A stretch of 64,000 nt of DNA. Origin: a virus (lineage: Duplodnaviria > Caudoviricetes). The notes beneath the pieces are model-generated. The model did no database searches. It worked only from the letters and a program-made list of their open reading frames with translations, and was not told the DNA's origin. The stretch lies in IMG/VR virus record IMGVR_UViG_3300037755_000473, positions 1,788 to 65,787 of that record; one strand, written 5' to 3'. Shown here one piece after another: positions 35,501-44,728 of this stretch. Numbering within the stretch: position 1 is the stretch's first letter; every line of letters starts with the position of its first letter. A program made the translations under genes and the position numbers.

Positions 35501-38500
35501 AGTATCAGCGCATCCGCGGCGCGGAGTTGCTAGAGACGTTGCAGAAGCGTCATCCGTCCGACAGCTTGAAGCGCAAGCTCGTCCGTCGTGTGAAGAACAT
35601 GATCGTCGGGCAAGAGTTCGGCGGTCGCACGCAGAGCAAACCGATCACTGCGAAGTCGGCCCCGATGAAGGGTCGTCCCGATGTTCACCGTCGCCGCGGC
35701 AAGTTCGAGACGCAAGTGCTCGCGTCCGATGTGCTACCACAGGATGAGCCGCGTGGTGATCGCATCAAGCGTGAAGCCCGTGCGAAGCGTGTGCGTGAGC
35801 AACTGGACAAAACCAACCGTCGTGCGTTCGAGCACCTCGACAAGTTGTCCAGCGGCAAGTTCGCCGAGCTCGCGAAGCAGGAAGACGGCGGTGAGTTGAC
35901 CGACGCAGCACGCGACCTGATCCACGGCCGTGCGTACTTCCGTGTGCTCATCAACTTCGGCGAAGCGATGGTGCGCTCGGGTAACAAGTCCGAAGCGATC
36001 ATCGCCGAGATGGAGAAGGTCAACGAGTTCCTGCGCAACGCTGTTGGCATGCCAGCGAAGGATTTCGCGCGCGTCATGGGCGGTCTCCTCCGTGCCGAAT
36101 CCCACCAGCAGGCAGAGGAGCTGCGCAACTTCGGTGACTATAAAGAGAAGCTCGCCGATCCGAAGAAGCGCGAGAAGGCCAACGCCGACATTTTGGACGA
36201 GCTGCTCGCTGACTCGGCACGAATCGCTCGCTTGGCACGCGTGCGGCAGAACCCGTACTACCGCTCGATTGTCGAGCCGCTGATCCTGAAGTTTACGGAC
36301 GCGACGTTCCGTGACGGATGGCCGAGCTATAAGCCGACGCAGGATGAGATGACCAAGCTCCACTGGGTCATGAACAACTGGCGCAACCCAGCCAAGCTGC
36401 GTGCGGAATACTACACGCCGATCCGCAGGTTCTTCACCAACGCCGGCATGCAGTGGACGCCGACGAAGAAGCTGAAGGACGGCACGTACACGGGCGGCGA
36501 GCTCGTGGTTCCGTACGACAAGTCGAAGTATTTCGGTCGCGGCGAACCGCACTATAAGTATTCGCCGTCCGACCGCGCGCTGCGTCCGCTGTTCGTCAAG
36601 AAGTTCGGCGTCGTCGATGACCTCGGCACGGGGTTGTCGTTCCAATCGAAGCAGTCGTACGTCGCTCCGCGTGCGCCGCTGCCTCCGCCGTCGCGTCGTA
36701 CGGAGACGTTAGGCAAGTTGCTGCAAGCCAACCGCGTGATCGCCAAGTTCCGCGAGATCATCAAGAAGCCGAAGACCACGGTCGCCGGCATGATCCGTAC
36801 CGAGGAACGCTTGGTGCGCGCGTTCAAAGAGCTAGGCATGTGGACGCAGGACGGCGCAACGAGCGGCAAGGTACAGTTCCAAGCCGGCCCGCGAATCTAT
36901 CGCATGGTCGGCCCGCGGCTCACGTCGAAGGAGCTGTCGAAAGAAGAAGGCCGCAAGCTGTTGCTTCAGCAGATGAAGCGCCAGCCTGTCACCGACGATG
37001 TGTATCTCGATCATGCGAACGTGCGTGATCGTGAACAGCGTCCGCTGCAAGCCGAGAGCGAACTGTTCCTCGAGCGCACTGCCGATCCTGGCCCTGCGAT
37101 TGCTGAGTTCCGTAAGGTTGCACTCAGGATCAATGAAATTCTTGACGACGGACACCGCGTACACACGCTCGGTGAACTGCTCCCGTTGATTCTCGATGCG
37201 GTGCCCGAGCACCACATGTTCCACAACCTGGCGAACAAGCTCATGAACGCTGGGATCGCGGACACGCCGATTTCGTGGGACTACCGCGGCCAGCTCACCC
37301 GCACGCGCAACGGCAAAGAGGAGAAGTCCCTCGGTGCTGCGAAGTGGGAAGACGACCCGAGCTCGCCGACTGGGCGGCTGCGCTACATCATCTTGAACCG
37401 CACCGACATCAACAAGCGGCGTGAGCCCGGTGCGGCGTTGCTGCACGTGCTGCTACACGAAGCCACGCACATCGCGACTTCCGGTGCGTTGGATCGCAAC
37501 GACTCCGTGCGCCAAGCGTTCACGACGTTGAAGCTGATGGCCGCGCGGTTCTTGCACAACGAAGGTGGAAAGGCGTGGGAGGATTTGCCCTACGGTCTCC
37601 ACGACGACCACGCTCCCGACGAGTTCGTTGCCGAAGCGTATTCGAATCCGCGATTCCAGGCGCTGCTGAAGCGTATCCCGTTCGACTACTCGAAGACGCT
37701 CTGGGGGCGGTTCGTCGAGCTCGTGAAGGACATCCTCGGTATGTCGGCAGATCGCCCCGAGCCGCGCAACGCGTTCGAAGCGGTCATGTCACTCGAGAAT
37801 CATATCTTCACCGGGCAGGATCGAATCTTCGGTGGTATCGCTGCGCGAGCAAAGACGGCGTACCTGTCGTCGGACAACATCCTCGAAGGCATCGAGAACA
37901 CGGGCAACGTGTTCAAACGTGCGTGGGACCGTGCTCGCAGCCCGAACGCGCCGCTCATCATGATGACGATGCGCCAACTGCACAAAGAGTTCCGTCGTCA
38001 CTTCAGCGGCCCGACTGGCGGCAAGAATTCGTTTGACCGCTACCACGAGAACTGGGAGCTGCGGAACGCCGAGAACAGCCGCCTCATGGAGATCGGCGAA
38101 GCCGTGTCGCGTGATTGGTCGGCTGCCGCAGAACACACGAACGAGGCAGACGCCTTGGAGTTTTCCCGCGTGCTCACCGAGAGCACTCTGGGCGGCATCC
38201 ACCCAGACCGTTCTGTCACAGCAGCTGGGAACGAACACCTCAAACTCGACGCAGCCAAGTCCCGTCACAGTGAACTAGCCGCGCGCTTCAACAAGCTCCC
38301 TGCCGTATGGAAGGTGCTTTATAAGCGTGTGCAGAAGTACTACACCGAGACGCTCGAGCAAGAGACTAACCTCCTGATGCTCAACGCGCTTCGCGGCACG
38401 TTGGCGTCTGGTGATAACGCGATCATGTCGCGCTCGGACTTCGACAAGAAGTACACCGAGGAGTCGGTCAAGGCCAAGCGGCTCGACACCAAGGAAGGTT

Positions 38501-40923
38501 TGGAGCGCGAGTTCGGCACGCTCGACAAGGCGATGCTGCGCACGTTGCAGGAGATCGCGTCGATCCCCACTAAACGCGAAGGTCCGTACTTCCCGCTCAT
38601 GCGTTACGGCAACTACGTCGTGTACGCACAGAAGCCGGGGGAGACGAAGACGTTCGCCGACAGCAAGGGCGCGTACGCATATCGAACACAGCGTCTCGCC
38701 GAAGACCCGACGCTCGACGTTGGCGTTCGTAAGAACGGCGAGCAGTACAGCGTGCATGTCGTCGAACGTGATTTCCGAACTGCCGAGACGCAGACGGAAG
38801 CTAACGAGATTCGCGAGGAGATGATCGAGCTCTACGGCCAGCAGGCCGTTAGCGACGTGCAGCTGAAGGACAGCTTCAAGGCAGAGGAGACGATTCAATC
38901 GGGGTCGGCACTCTCGGGCATCTTGTCCAACTTGAAGGGCAACACGGCTGCGCAGAACGCGATCAAGAACTATTGGTTGCGCTCGCTCGCCGACCGCTCG
39001 TTCCGCAAGCACCAAATTCGTCGCAAGAACCGCCGCGGTGTCGACTTCGACTTGCAGCATCGCTCGTTCACCAACTACGTGAAGCAGGCGAGCTACTACA
39101 TTTCGCAGCTCAAATACGGCTGGCGGATGGCCGACGCGTATCGCGACCTTCAGAAGTTCGTGCGTGAGTTCCGCGGCACGGGCGAGGTCACGAACGTGCG
39201 GCTCGGGCAAATTCGCGACGAGCTGCGCAAGCGCGACGAGATGACGCACAACCTGGACGAGATGCCGAAGGCGATCCGCACCGCCACCGAGATGGGGCAG
39301 CTGTTCATGCTGTTTGGCCCGTCGTACTGGCTCATCAACGCGACGCAGCCGTACCTCGTCACGATGCCCTGGCTGTCTGCGCGCTACGGCATCGGTGGTG
39401 CAACCGCTGCGCTCGCGAACGCCCAGCGCCAGATCATTCATCCGATCCTCCGTGCCGGCCGTGACTCGTTCGGTGGTGCGAAGGCATACTTCTCCAAGGT
39501 CGCTGCCGAGAAGGCGTTCAACGTCCTCGAGCAAGTGAAGGCAACCATCAAAGAGCGCGGTGGGGATCGTGCGAACGCATACATCGACATGCTGGAGCAG
39601 CTTCGCCAGCAAAGCGTCATCGACTTGTCGTGGATCGCAGAGCTGCGCGATATCTCCGAAGGTCGCTCCACGAGCCGCTATCAGCGCTTCATGGATTCGA
39701 CGCGCGTCATGGCGCATCTTACCGAGGTCAACAACCGCATCGTCACGGCACTCGCTGCATACGACTTGCGGTACAGCGAGGTCATGGCTCGCCAAGGTGC
39801 TACGCACGAGCTCGCTCACTCCGCTGCCGTCCAGACTGCCAAGGACGCCGTAGCGGAAACGCAGTTCGATTATTCGAGCTCGAACAAAGCGCGACTGTTC
39901 AGCCCTGGCGGCCCGTTCAAGCAGATGGCTCCGCTGATCTTCCAGTTTCTCCAGTACTCGCAGCACATGTACGCAATGATGATCTCGAACTTTGCGACAG
40001 CTGTGCGGAGAGGGGACATGGATCGCCTGGTCGCGGCTAAGACGCTCGCCGGTTTGTTTGCCACACATGCTGCGGTAGCCGGTGTGCTGGGCATCGCGCT
40101 CCAACCGCTGAAGTGGGCCATCGGCATGTTGCTATGGGCGTTCGGAGACGACGATGAGCCGTACACCGTCCCTAATGCGCTCTCGGGCGAGAACTTCGAC
40201 CGCTGGGCACGTGAGGGGTTGGCCGGCATCTTCGGCAACGAGCTCGGCTCTGTGGTCGCGCAGGGGCTGCCTGAGATGGCAGGCGTGCGCCTCACGGACC
40301 GCATGGCGCTAGGCACGGTGTATTTTCTCGACCTGAAGACGGACACCGCGGAGTCGACCATCGGCTCGGTGGCGCAGGGCTTCATGGGTCCGGTGCTCGG
40401 CTACAGCTTTACTGCCACGCGCGCCTCGCAGTTCGTCATGGAGGGGGAATTCGGACGCGCACTCGAGACGCTTGCTCCGAAGTCCATGCGAGACGCGGCG
40501 CGTGCGTGGCGCTTTAACCAGGAAGGCGTCGTGAACAACGCCGGCGATACCGTCATCAAAGCGGACGACCTGTCGCCGTTCCAGGTGTTCATGCAGGCGA
40601 TGGGGTTTCGGCCGTCGGAGATTGCGGACTTCTACTCTAAGCAATCGTATGTCAAAGAGAAGGAAGCGATGGGCGTCGACAAACGCAACTCGTTGCTAGC
40701 ACGCTTCCGGAAAGCCGAGACCATCGACGAGCGCACTGCGGTGTTGCGTGAAGTCGCCGAGTTCAACCGATTGTTCCCTGCACATGTTGTGACACGCTCG
40801 TCGCTGCTGCGTGCGCTTGCCGGCAAAGCCGAACGCGAAGCAGGTTACGACCAGTCTGGTGTGGCGCTCCGTGGTCGCAGTAGAATCTACGCTGACGAGG
40901 GCGAGTTCTACGACACGGAGTGA
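32536..40923 (+). CDS. Large polyvalent internal virion protein (2795 aa) with a zincin metallopeptidase and an LPD38-like C-terminus
   Basis: VLLHEATH...DEFVAEAYSNPRFQALLK zincin motif; C-terminal hydrophobic helical region of polyvalent-protein type. Confidence 0.75.
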   Translation: MARSFEEQYEELFGKKLTYDPIDINADDDVPSPRLDLTDDIDPTSSDPVDPFQSTLDNLRNDLYRKPPAAPPEDNAFGEDTLRALWAGTAQTGAMAAGGLEYGARQARRKVDGVGGEVLDDITAGLADLRQQMSGKAQDWLEGMSPESVDRMQRHILSLDPNQSVWRGGPGEVLDSLSLKVTQALPATVLTLLPAARWFRGGMTPAAVTYIGASEGGLSLGGIANGIAEEIEQMTPEQLTQESERYRQLMQETGDQEVARQQLIAEAQGNAPLIGGLVIGAISSTAGRYLEPVFQKGAGLASRTGTGAGLEAIQEAPQSGVEQYVQNVAAQMFDADRSEFEGVAEAAAEGAVVGGITGGGFSAAFGGGRPDAPPVSPTSEDTGVPPSGPESFERVFGRGREEETFEQAFGVERVDATGITAEMRAAFEEGGQQRLYLPEQGEMEAMGRQQGMPGLEQPPITRGHVPRTNNVPALTAGQQQLPLRQRVRGGFAPIQPEGPSPVDYSPDMSSPAGVPRDPRQGDMFAPTTGMPDSPSAEPLQDILAQLDEMDRPEATEREAVYLSADNLASLESAGELPAILERGVPLANFDGKGGLLIARDRAVADSLVELRNQGGDMQELLGTATGAGVGKPMAGQIAVQRRQNGAVVQESLVANDAEADALVSEWGTKFPNDDVEVLTAQAAIGRRGRLLQQEQGKRVTKARDAARQRDIEQTSQQVRQATAITPDEGPSALLSSRGTARRVAAGATSPTKAAARMLGQATRESVKPERRRIGGFYPPEALDFADPREATRYEKRFSELADREIELELAGRELDKITSRKFSERAREGRAERKERFKQFKEKNAADVTPLLKQREEAQARRAKVLDELAEVRTRAKPIRRAVHLVAAARRLAPEAVKKVQSESDRKAVRESEDDISKPEIEVDTAEFGKLTDAQIDDLKGDKLRETFDKAASWLSGRVPEGVEITMGFTPATEGNQMAFAQKEAGKREYQRIRGAELLETLQKRHPSDSLKRKLVRRVKNMIVGQEFGGRTQSKPITAKSAPMKGRPDVHRRRGKFETQVLASDVLPQDEPRGDRIKREARAKRVREQLDKTNRRAFEHLDKLSSGKFAELAKQEDGGELTDAARDLIHGRAYFRVLINFGEAMVRSGNKSEAIIAEMEKVNEFLRNAVGMPAKDFARVMGGLLRAESHQQAEELRNFGDYKEKLADPKKREKANADILDELLADSARIARLARVRQNPYYRSIVEPLILKFTDATFRDGWPSYKPTQDEMTKLHWVMNNWRNPAKLRAEYYTPIRRFFTNAGMQWTPTKKLKDGTYTGGELVVPYDKSKYFGRGEPHYKYSPSDRALRPLFVKKFGVVDDLGTGLSFQSKQSYVAPRAPLPPPSRRTETLGKLLQANRVIAKFREIIKKPKTTVAGMIRTEERLVRAFKELGMWTQDGATSGKVQFQAGPRIYRMVGPRLTSKELSKEEGRKLLLQQMKRQPVTDDVYLDHANVRDREQRPLQAESELFLERTADPGPAIAEFRKVALRINEILDDGHRVHTLGELLPLILDAVPEHHMFHNLANKLMNAGIADTPISWDYRGQLTRTRNGKEEKSLGAAKWEDDPSSPTGRLRYIILNRTDINKRREPGAALLHVLLHEATHIATSGALDRNDSVRQAFTTLKLMAARFLHNEGGKAWEDLPYGLHDDHAPDEFVAEAYSNPRFQALLKRIPFDYSKTLWGRFVELVKDILGMSADRPEPRNAFEAVMSLENHIFTGQDRIFGGIAARAKTAYLSSDNILEGIENTGNVFKRAWDRARSPNAPLIMMTMRQLHKEFRRHFSGPTGGKNSFDRYHENWELRNAENSRLMEIGEAVSRDWSAAAEHTNEADALEFSRVLTESTLGGIHPDRSVTAAGNEHLKLDAAKSRHSELAARFNKLPAVWKVLYKRVQKYYTETLEQETNLLMLNALRGTLASGDNAIMSRSDFDKKYTEESVKAKRLDTKEGLEREFGTLDKAMLRTLQEIASIPTKREGPYFPLMRYGNYVVYAQKPGETKTFADSKGAYAYRTQRLAEDPTLDVGVRKNGEQYSVHVVERDFRTAETQTEANEIREEMIELYGQQAVSDVQLKDSFKAEETIQSGSALSGILSNLKGNTAAQNAIKNYWLRSLADRSFRKHQIRRKNRRGVDFDLQHRSFTNYVKQASYYISQLKYGWRMADAYRDLQKFVREFRGTGEVTNVRLGQIRDELRKRDEMTHNLDEMPKAIRTATEMGQLFMLFGPSYWLINATQPYLVTMPWLSARYGIGGATAALANAQRQIIHPILRAGRDSFGGAKAYFSKVAAEKAFNVLEQVKATIKERGGDRANAYIDMLEQLRQQSVIDLSWIAELRDISEGRSTSRYQRFMDSTRVMAHLTEVNNRIVTALAAYDLRYSEVMARQGATHELAHSAAVQTAKDAVAETQFDYSSSNKARLFSPGGPFKQMAPLIFQFLQYSQHMYAMMISNFATAVRRGDMDRLVAAKTLAGLFATHAAVAGVLGIALQPLKWAIGMLLWAFGDDDEPYTVPNALSGENFDRWAREGLAGIFGNELGSVVAQGLPEMAGVRLTDRMALGTVYFLDLKTDTAESTIGSVAQGFMGPVLGYSFTATRASQFVMEGEFGRALETLAPKSMRDAARAWRFNQEGVVNNAGDTVIKADDLSPFQVFMQAMGFRPSEIADFYSKQSYVKEKEAMGVDKRNSLLARFRKAETIDERTAVLREVAEFNRLFPAHVVTRSSLLRALAGKAEREAGYDQSGVALRGRSRIYADEGEFYDTE

Positions 40924-41279
40924 AAGTGAAAAAAGCATTGGACGTTCAGGTTGGCGGCAACCACTACAAGACGAGAAAGATTCAACCAGTCCAGTTCAGC
41001 CACGCCAACGGGCTCGGATTCATTGAAGGGACTATCGTCAAATACATCACACGATTCCGTGAAAAGAACGGCGTCGAAGATTTGCTGAAGATCAAGCACT
41101 ACGTCGATCTGTTGATCGAGTTGGAGTACCCCGAATGGGAGCCAGGGAAAGAAGCGCGGCGTACTACAAAAAGTACCACGCGTCGCCGCAAGCGAAGAAA
41201 GACCGCGCAGCGCGCAACAAGGCGCGTCGTGAAGCCGAAGATAAAGGCCAAGTCCACAAGGGCGACGGCAAAGAAGTAG
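40920..41279 (+). CDS. DUF3310-family protein (putative nucleotide kinase-like)
   Basis: QVGGNHYK...IQP...GFIEGTIVKYITRFREKNGVEDLLK motif. Confidence 0.85.
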   Translation: MKVKKALDVQVGGNHYKTRKIQPVQFSHANGLGFIEGTIVKYITRFREKNGVEDLLKIKHYVDLLIELEYPEWEPGKEARRTTKSTTRRRKRRKTAQRATRRVVKPKIKAKSTRATAKK

Positions 41280-41401
41280 ATCACATCCGCGCGCTCAGCG
41301 CGGGGGGTGGCTACAGCAAGGGCAACACGCGGGTCATTTCGCGGAAGAAGAACCGGTCGTATCCGCGGGATCGGAACAACCGTCCAACCGGGCGCGCATA
41401 G
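41135..41401 (+). CDS. Small HNH endonuclease
   Basis: KGDGKEVDHIRALSAGG...NTRVISRKKNRS HNH motif. Confidence 0.8.
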   Translation: MGARERSAAYYKKYHASPQAKKDRAARNKARREAEDKGQVHKGDGKEVDHIRALSAGGGYSKGNTRVISRKKNRSYPRDRNNRPTGRA

Positions 41402-41849
41402 GCGGGTTGTTCGCCATCATCGCGTTGTCGAGTAGCGACCGCTGCATGTAGCTCATCGCGTCGAGTCGGTGATCCTGCATCTGCGAACGGATGCGGATCG
41501 CCGTTCCTGACTTCTCCGAATCGAAGCCCTTCTTGTCGCAAGCGATCAGCTTGTCGAGTAGCTCGTAGTCGTCTTTCACACCGTCAGCGAACACATCGCT
41601 GATGATCCTGCGCAACGATACGTTCGGATGCTTCGCCGAGATATCGCTAAGGTGCTGCACGATCAGCGCCTTGGTTAGCGGGTCGATCTTCTCGGGCTTG
41701 CTCATCGCATCCATCATGCTGATGCTGTCCTTCATCTGATCCAGCATTGTCTTCGCCCACTGGTCGTGGGGGAACTGGATCGGCTTGAGAGGCTCGAGGT
41801 CTGGGCTCAGGTATTTTTTGATCGATGCAATGCGATCACGGAGTGTCAT
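41334..41849 (-). CDS. Hypothetical protein
   Basis: Coupled to the end of the primase-helicase gene. Confidence 0.55.
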   Translation of the reverse strand: MTLRDRIASIKKYLSPDLEPLKPIQFPHDQWAKTMLDQMKDSISMMDAMSKPEKIDPLTKALIVQHLSDISAKHPNVSLRRIISDVFADGVKDDYELLDKLIACDKKGFDSEKSGTAIRIRSQMQDHRLDAMSYMQRSLLDNAMMANNPPMRARLDGCSDPADTTGSSSAK

Positions 41850-44682
41850 CGAGAACTTCCTCTAGTGAAATGCTCGGCGTGATCGGGAATTCGATCAGCC
41901 GCTGCCGGGTCGGGATTTCGTACGACGTGCCGCAACCGAGCAGAGCCTTCGTCTCTTTACCACCGAGCTCGATCATCATCGTGCTGAGCAACGACTGCGG
42001 CATGCCGCGGCTCTCCATCCAGCGGAGGAAATCGCTGCGAGCGAAACGTACGCGCTTATCGTCACGCGACATGTGGACGATGATCTTGTTCGACTTCGGA
42101 GGCCCGCCGATGATCTCCGGCATGTAGTGGCGCATGTTCTGACGCGGCAGGGGGTAAGAGCCGACGTGCAGCATTTTGTCTTGGTGCTGCTGGATATAGG
42201 TGCCAAGAATCTCGGACGGGTCCGAGCTCGACATGCTCGACTCGGTGCGCCCGCGCAGCCGCGTCATGTTGTTCACCAAGTAGCTGGTGAGCGTGCGGAT
42301 GTCGGTGTCCATGAGCTTCAGCTCTTTCGCGATCTGCGCGCCGACGATCATCGCCGCCATCATCGCGAGCCAAAAGCGCTCGCTCGGTCTTTCCTTCGCT
42401 GCCTCACCGAGCTTCACACGCATGCGCTGAACGCGACTGCGAACGAAGTCGACATTGGTTGCGAGATATTCTGCGTACACACGACCGGCGTGACCGTAGT
42501 TCAGGTTGATCGATTCGAACATGATCGCGACTTCGGCGCGCGATGCCGCCGACTTATAGGGCTCGATGACGATCTCAAACGTCCTTGCTACGCCTGCGTC
42601 GCTTCCGATTGCGAACGACCCCATCGCGTCGAACACGCTGTCGTTCCCCGCCACGATCAGCATCGTCTCCCACGTGTGAATCTCGCGGAGGCTTGCGCTT
42701 TGATCGAGGCGTGTCTTCTCCTTGCCCTGCGTGACTTGGAACGCCAGCGTGAGGAACCCCTGGATTGCTTCCTTTCCGCGGAGCTCGTCCCAATACGCCG
42801 GCAAATTGTGCAGAAAGCCCAGCTTGCGGGCGACTGACTTCGGTGTGTCGTCTATCGCGTTGATCCCGTGAGTCGGTGAGCCCCATACCGCTTGGGACGC
42901 TTTCAACGCGCTGCTTTTTCCGACGCCGCTCTCCCGAGAAACAATCGACAGGATGCCGCCAGATACACCAGAAAAATGCAGGATGGGTGCAGCGAATGCG
43001 CTGGAGACCAGCGCTGTGAACGCCGGATTGTTTTGCTCCGCAATGAATGCAGCAACCTTCTTCCAAGGCTCGAGGTCTCCGCTGGGCTCGTAGTGTCGAG
43101 CGACTGCTGCGAACTCCTTCGCTGTCCGCACATCGTTGCGCACGCGACCGTCAGCATAGAACGTGGTGGGTCCCGTCGAGAAGCCCTCGTACACCTTATC
43201 CTTCACAACCCAGCCGAGTTGCTCCGTGACTTCGGCAACGTGCTTCGCATCTTGTAGTGTCTTCAGCCAGCTCGCCATAAGTTCCTTGAATGCTATCGCT
43301 TCTTTGCCGCGGAAGGCGACACCGTGTAGGGCCATGTGCTCGACAAGTTTGTTCTGGTTGCCGAGTGCTTCACCTGGGATTGTAAGGTCTGCCACAACGC
43401 CCGGTACATCAAGTCGGTGTTCGACTTGGTTCGTGGCGAAACTGCGAGTCGTGCGAAAACTGTCGAAGGCATAGCTGATGACCTTGATCCACTTTTTCTC
43501 TTGCTGATTGGTTTCGGGGTTCTGCACGATCATGAATCGCTCGGTGAACTTCCCGTTCTCCGACGTGCGCCAACCGAACGGATGCCCGCCGACCTTCGTC
43601 GTTTCCTCCGTGCCGACTTGCACGGGTGTCTTGATGAAGCCGTAGCGCGGGCACTTCTTACAGAGGTCGACGTGATAACTCTCGAACGTCGAGCAGAGGG
43701 TGGGTCCAGCCGTGTTCTCCAACCGCTGGTGCCACTTCTCGTTAGTGGCGTTGGCGTCATAGCCGGGGTGTCCATCGGACACGGCATGAACCCATAGATC
43801 GGCGTCCTCGCAGAATTTGAGGAGCTGAAGCATCGCGACCCACTCGGGCTCCGATGCCTCCTTGCCGTGCGTGTCTGCAATGTGCTTCGCGACAGCGCAG
43901 TGCTTCTGAATTGTTTCGAAGCTCGCCGGAGGCAGCTTGACCGAGCCTTTCCCTACACCACCGGTAAACTCATCGTAGATGCCGGTTCCAAGTTTTGAGA
44001 CCGGCGTCGCAGCGGTTGTTCCATACACCTGTAGCAAGGGCTCGAGGACGGCTGGGTCGAATAGCTCGGGCCGGGAGTACACCACCTTTACCCGCTTCGG
44101 GTTGGCAGGGTCCTTCCAGTTGACCGTCCCAGGCGGTCTCAGCACGCGGCAGGAGTCCGCGGTGCAAGTCGGATCGATCCGTAGCCCCCTCTCGAGCGCG
44201 GCGTTCTTGAGCGATTGAGCGAGCCCCTGCCACCGAGCCACGGGGATCGCTTCAATCAGCGGCCAGTAGGCGTGGATGCCGTTCCCTGAGTGGACGAGGA
44301 TCGAGGGGGCGGGCATGCCCGTCTCGTTGCAAAACGCCTGTAATGCAACTACGACACCCTTAGCGTCGGGGTACCCGTCCTTGAAATCGATGTCGAACCA
44401 GAGCGCCTTGAGCGCGTCGACGTTGGTGCCCACCCGGAGCTGCTTCTTCGACGGGTCCTTGGGCTTGGGATGAAAGCCCTGCTTCCACGATGCAAGGGCG
44501 AAGTACGTATCCTTCTTCGACAGCGCCAAGTCAACGATGGCACGAGCGAGCTCGATGGGGCCGTTCCCCAAAGCATGGTGGAAGGTTGCGAAGGTCCGCT
44601 TGTCGGCGGTGACTTCGACCTTCTTGGCGGCGACGAGGAGCCCATCAGGGACCACCGCCTCGAGAAATTCGAGCAGCTTCAT
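41836..44682 (-). CDS. DNA primase-helicase (RepB/AEP-like primase, DUF927, SF3-like helicase)
   Basis: DIDFK and SGNGIHAYW primase motifs, RVLRPPGTVNWK, Cys cluster, ESGVGKSS Walker A, YWDE. Confidence 0.85.
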   Translation of the reverse strand: MKLLEFLEAVVPDGLLVAAKKVEVTADKRTFATFHHALGNGPIELARAIVDLALSKKDTYFALASWKQGFHPKPKDPSKKQLRVGTNVDALKALWFDIDFKDGYPDAKGVVVALQAFCNETGMPAPSILVHSGNGIHAYWPLIEAIPVARWQGLAQSLKNAALERGLRIDPTCTADSCRVLRPPGTVNWKDPANPKRVKVVYSRPELFDPAVLEPLLQVYGTTAATPVSKLGTGIYDEFTGGVGKGSVKLPPASFETIQKHCAVAKHIADTHGKEASEPEWVAMLQLLKFCEDADLWVHAVSDGHPGYDANATNEKWHQRLENTAGPTLCSTFESYHVDLCKKCPRYGFIKTPVQVGTEETTKVGGHPFGWRTSENGKFTERFMIVQNPETNQQEKKWIKVISYAFDSFRTTRSFATNQVEHRLDVPGVVADLTIPGEALGNQNKLVEHMALHGVAFRGKEAIAFKELMASWLKTLQDAKHVAEVTEQLGWVVKDKVYEGFSTGPTTFYADGRVRNDVRTAKEFAAVARHYEPSGDLEPWKKVAAFIAEQNNPAFTALVSSAFAAPILHFSGVSGGILSIVSRESGVGKSSALKASQAVWGSPTHGINAIDDTPKSVARKLGFLHNLPAYWDELRGKEAIQGFLTLAFQVTQGKEKTRLDQSASLREIHTWETMLIVAGNDSVFDAMGSFAIGSDAGVARTFEIVIEPYKSAASRAEVAIMFESINLNYGHAGRVYAEYLATNVDFVRSRVQRMRVKLGEAAKERPSERFWLAMMAAMIVGAQIAKELKLMDTDIRTLTSYLVNNMTRLRGRTESSMSSSDPSEILGTYIQQHQDKMLHVGSYPLPRQNMRHYMPEIIGGPPKSNKIIVHMSRDDKRVRFARSDFLRWMESRGMPQSLLSTMMIELGGKETKALLGCGTSYEIPTRQRLIEFPITPSISLEEVLDDTP

Positions 44683-44728
44683 GGAGAGACGCGCCGGCCG
44701 GAGAAGACCGGCGCGTGTTCCCTAGATG

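Noticed and set aside
38275-40104. Long antisense ORFs (for example 609 aa here, 23738..25291, 18448..19485)
   Set aside because: They shadow well-supported + strand genes in GC-rich DNA and show no motifs or RBS.
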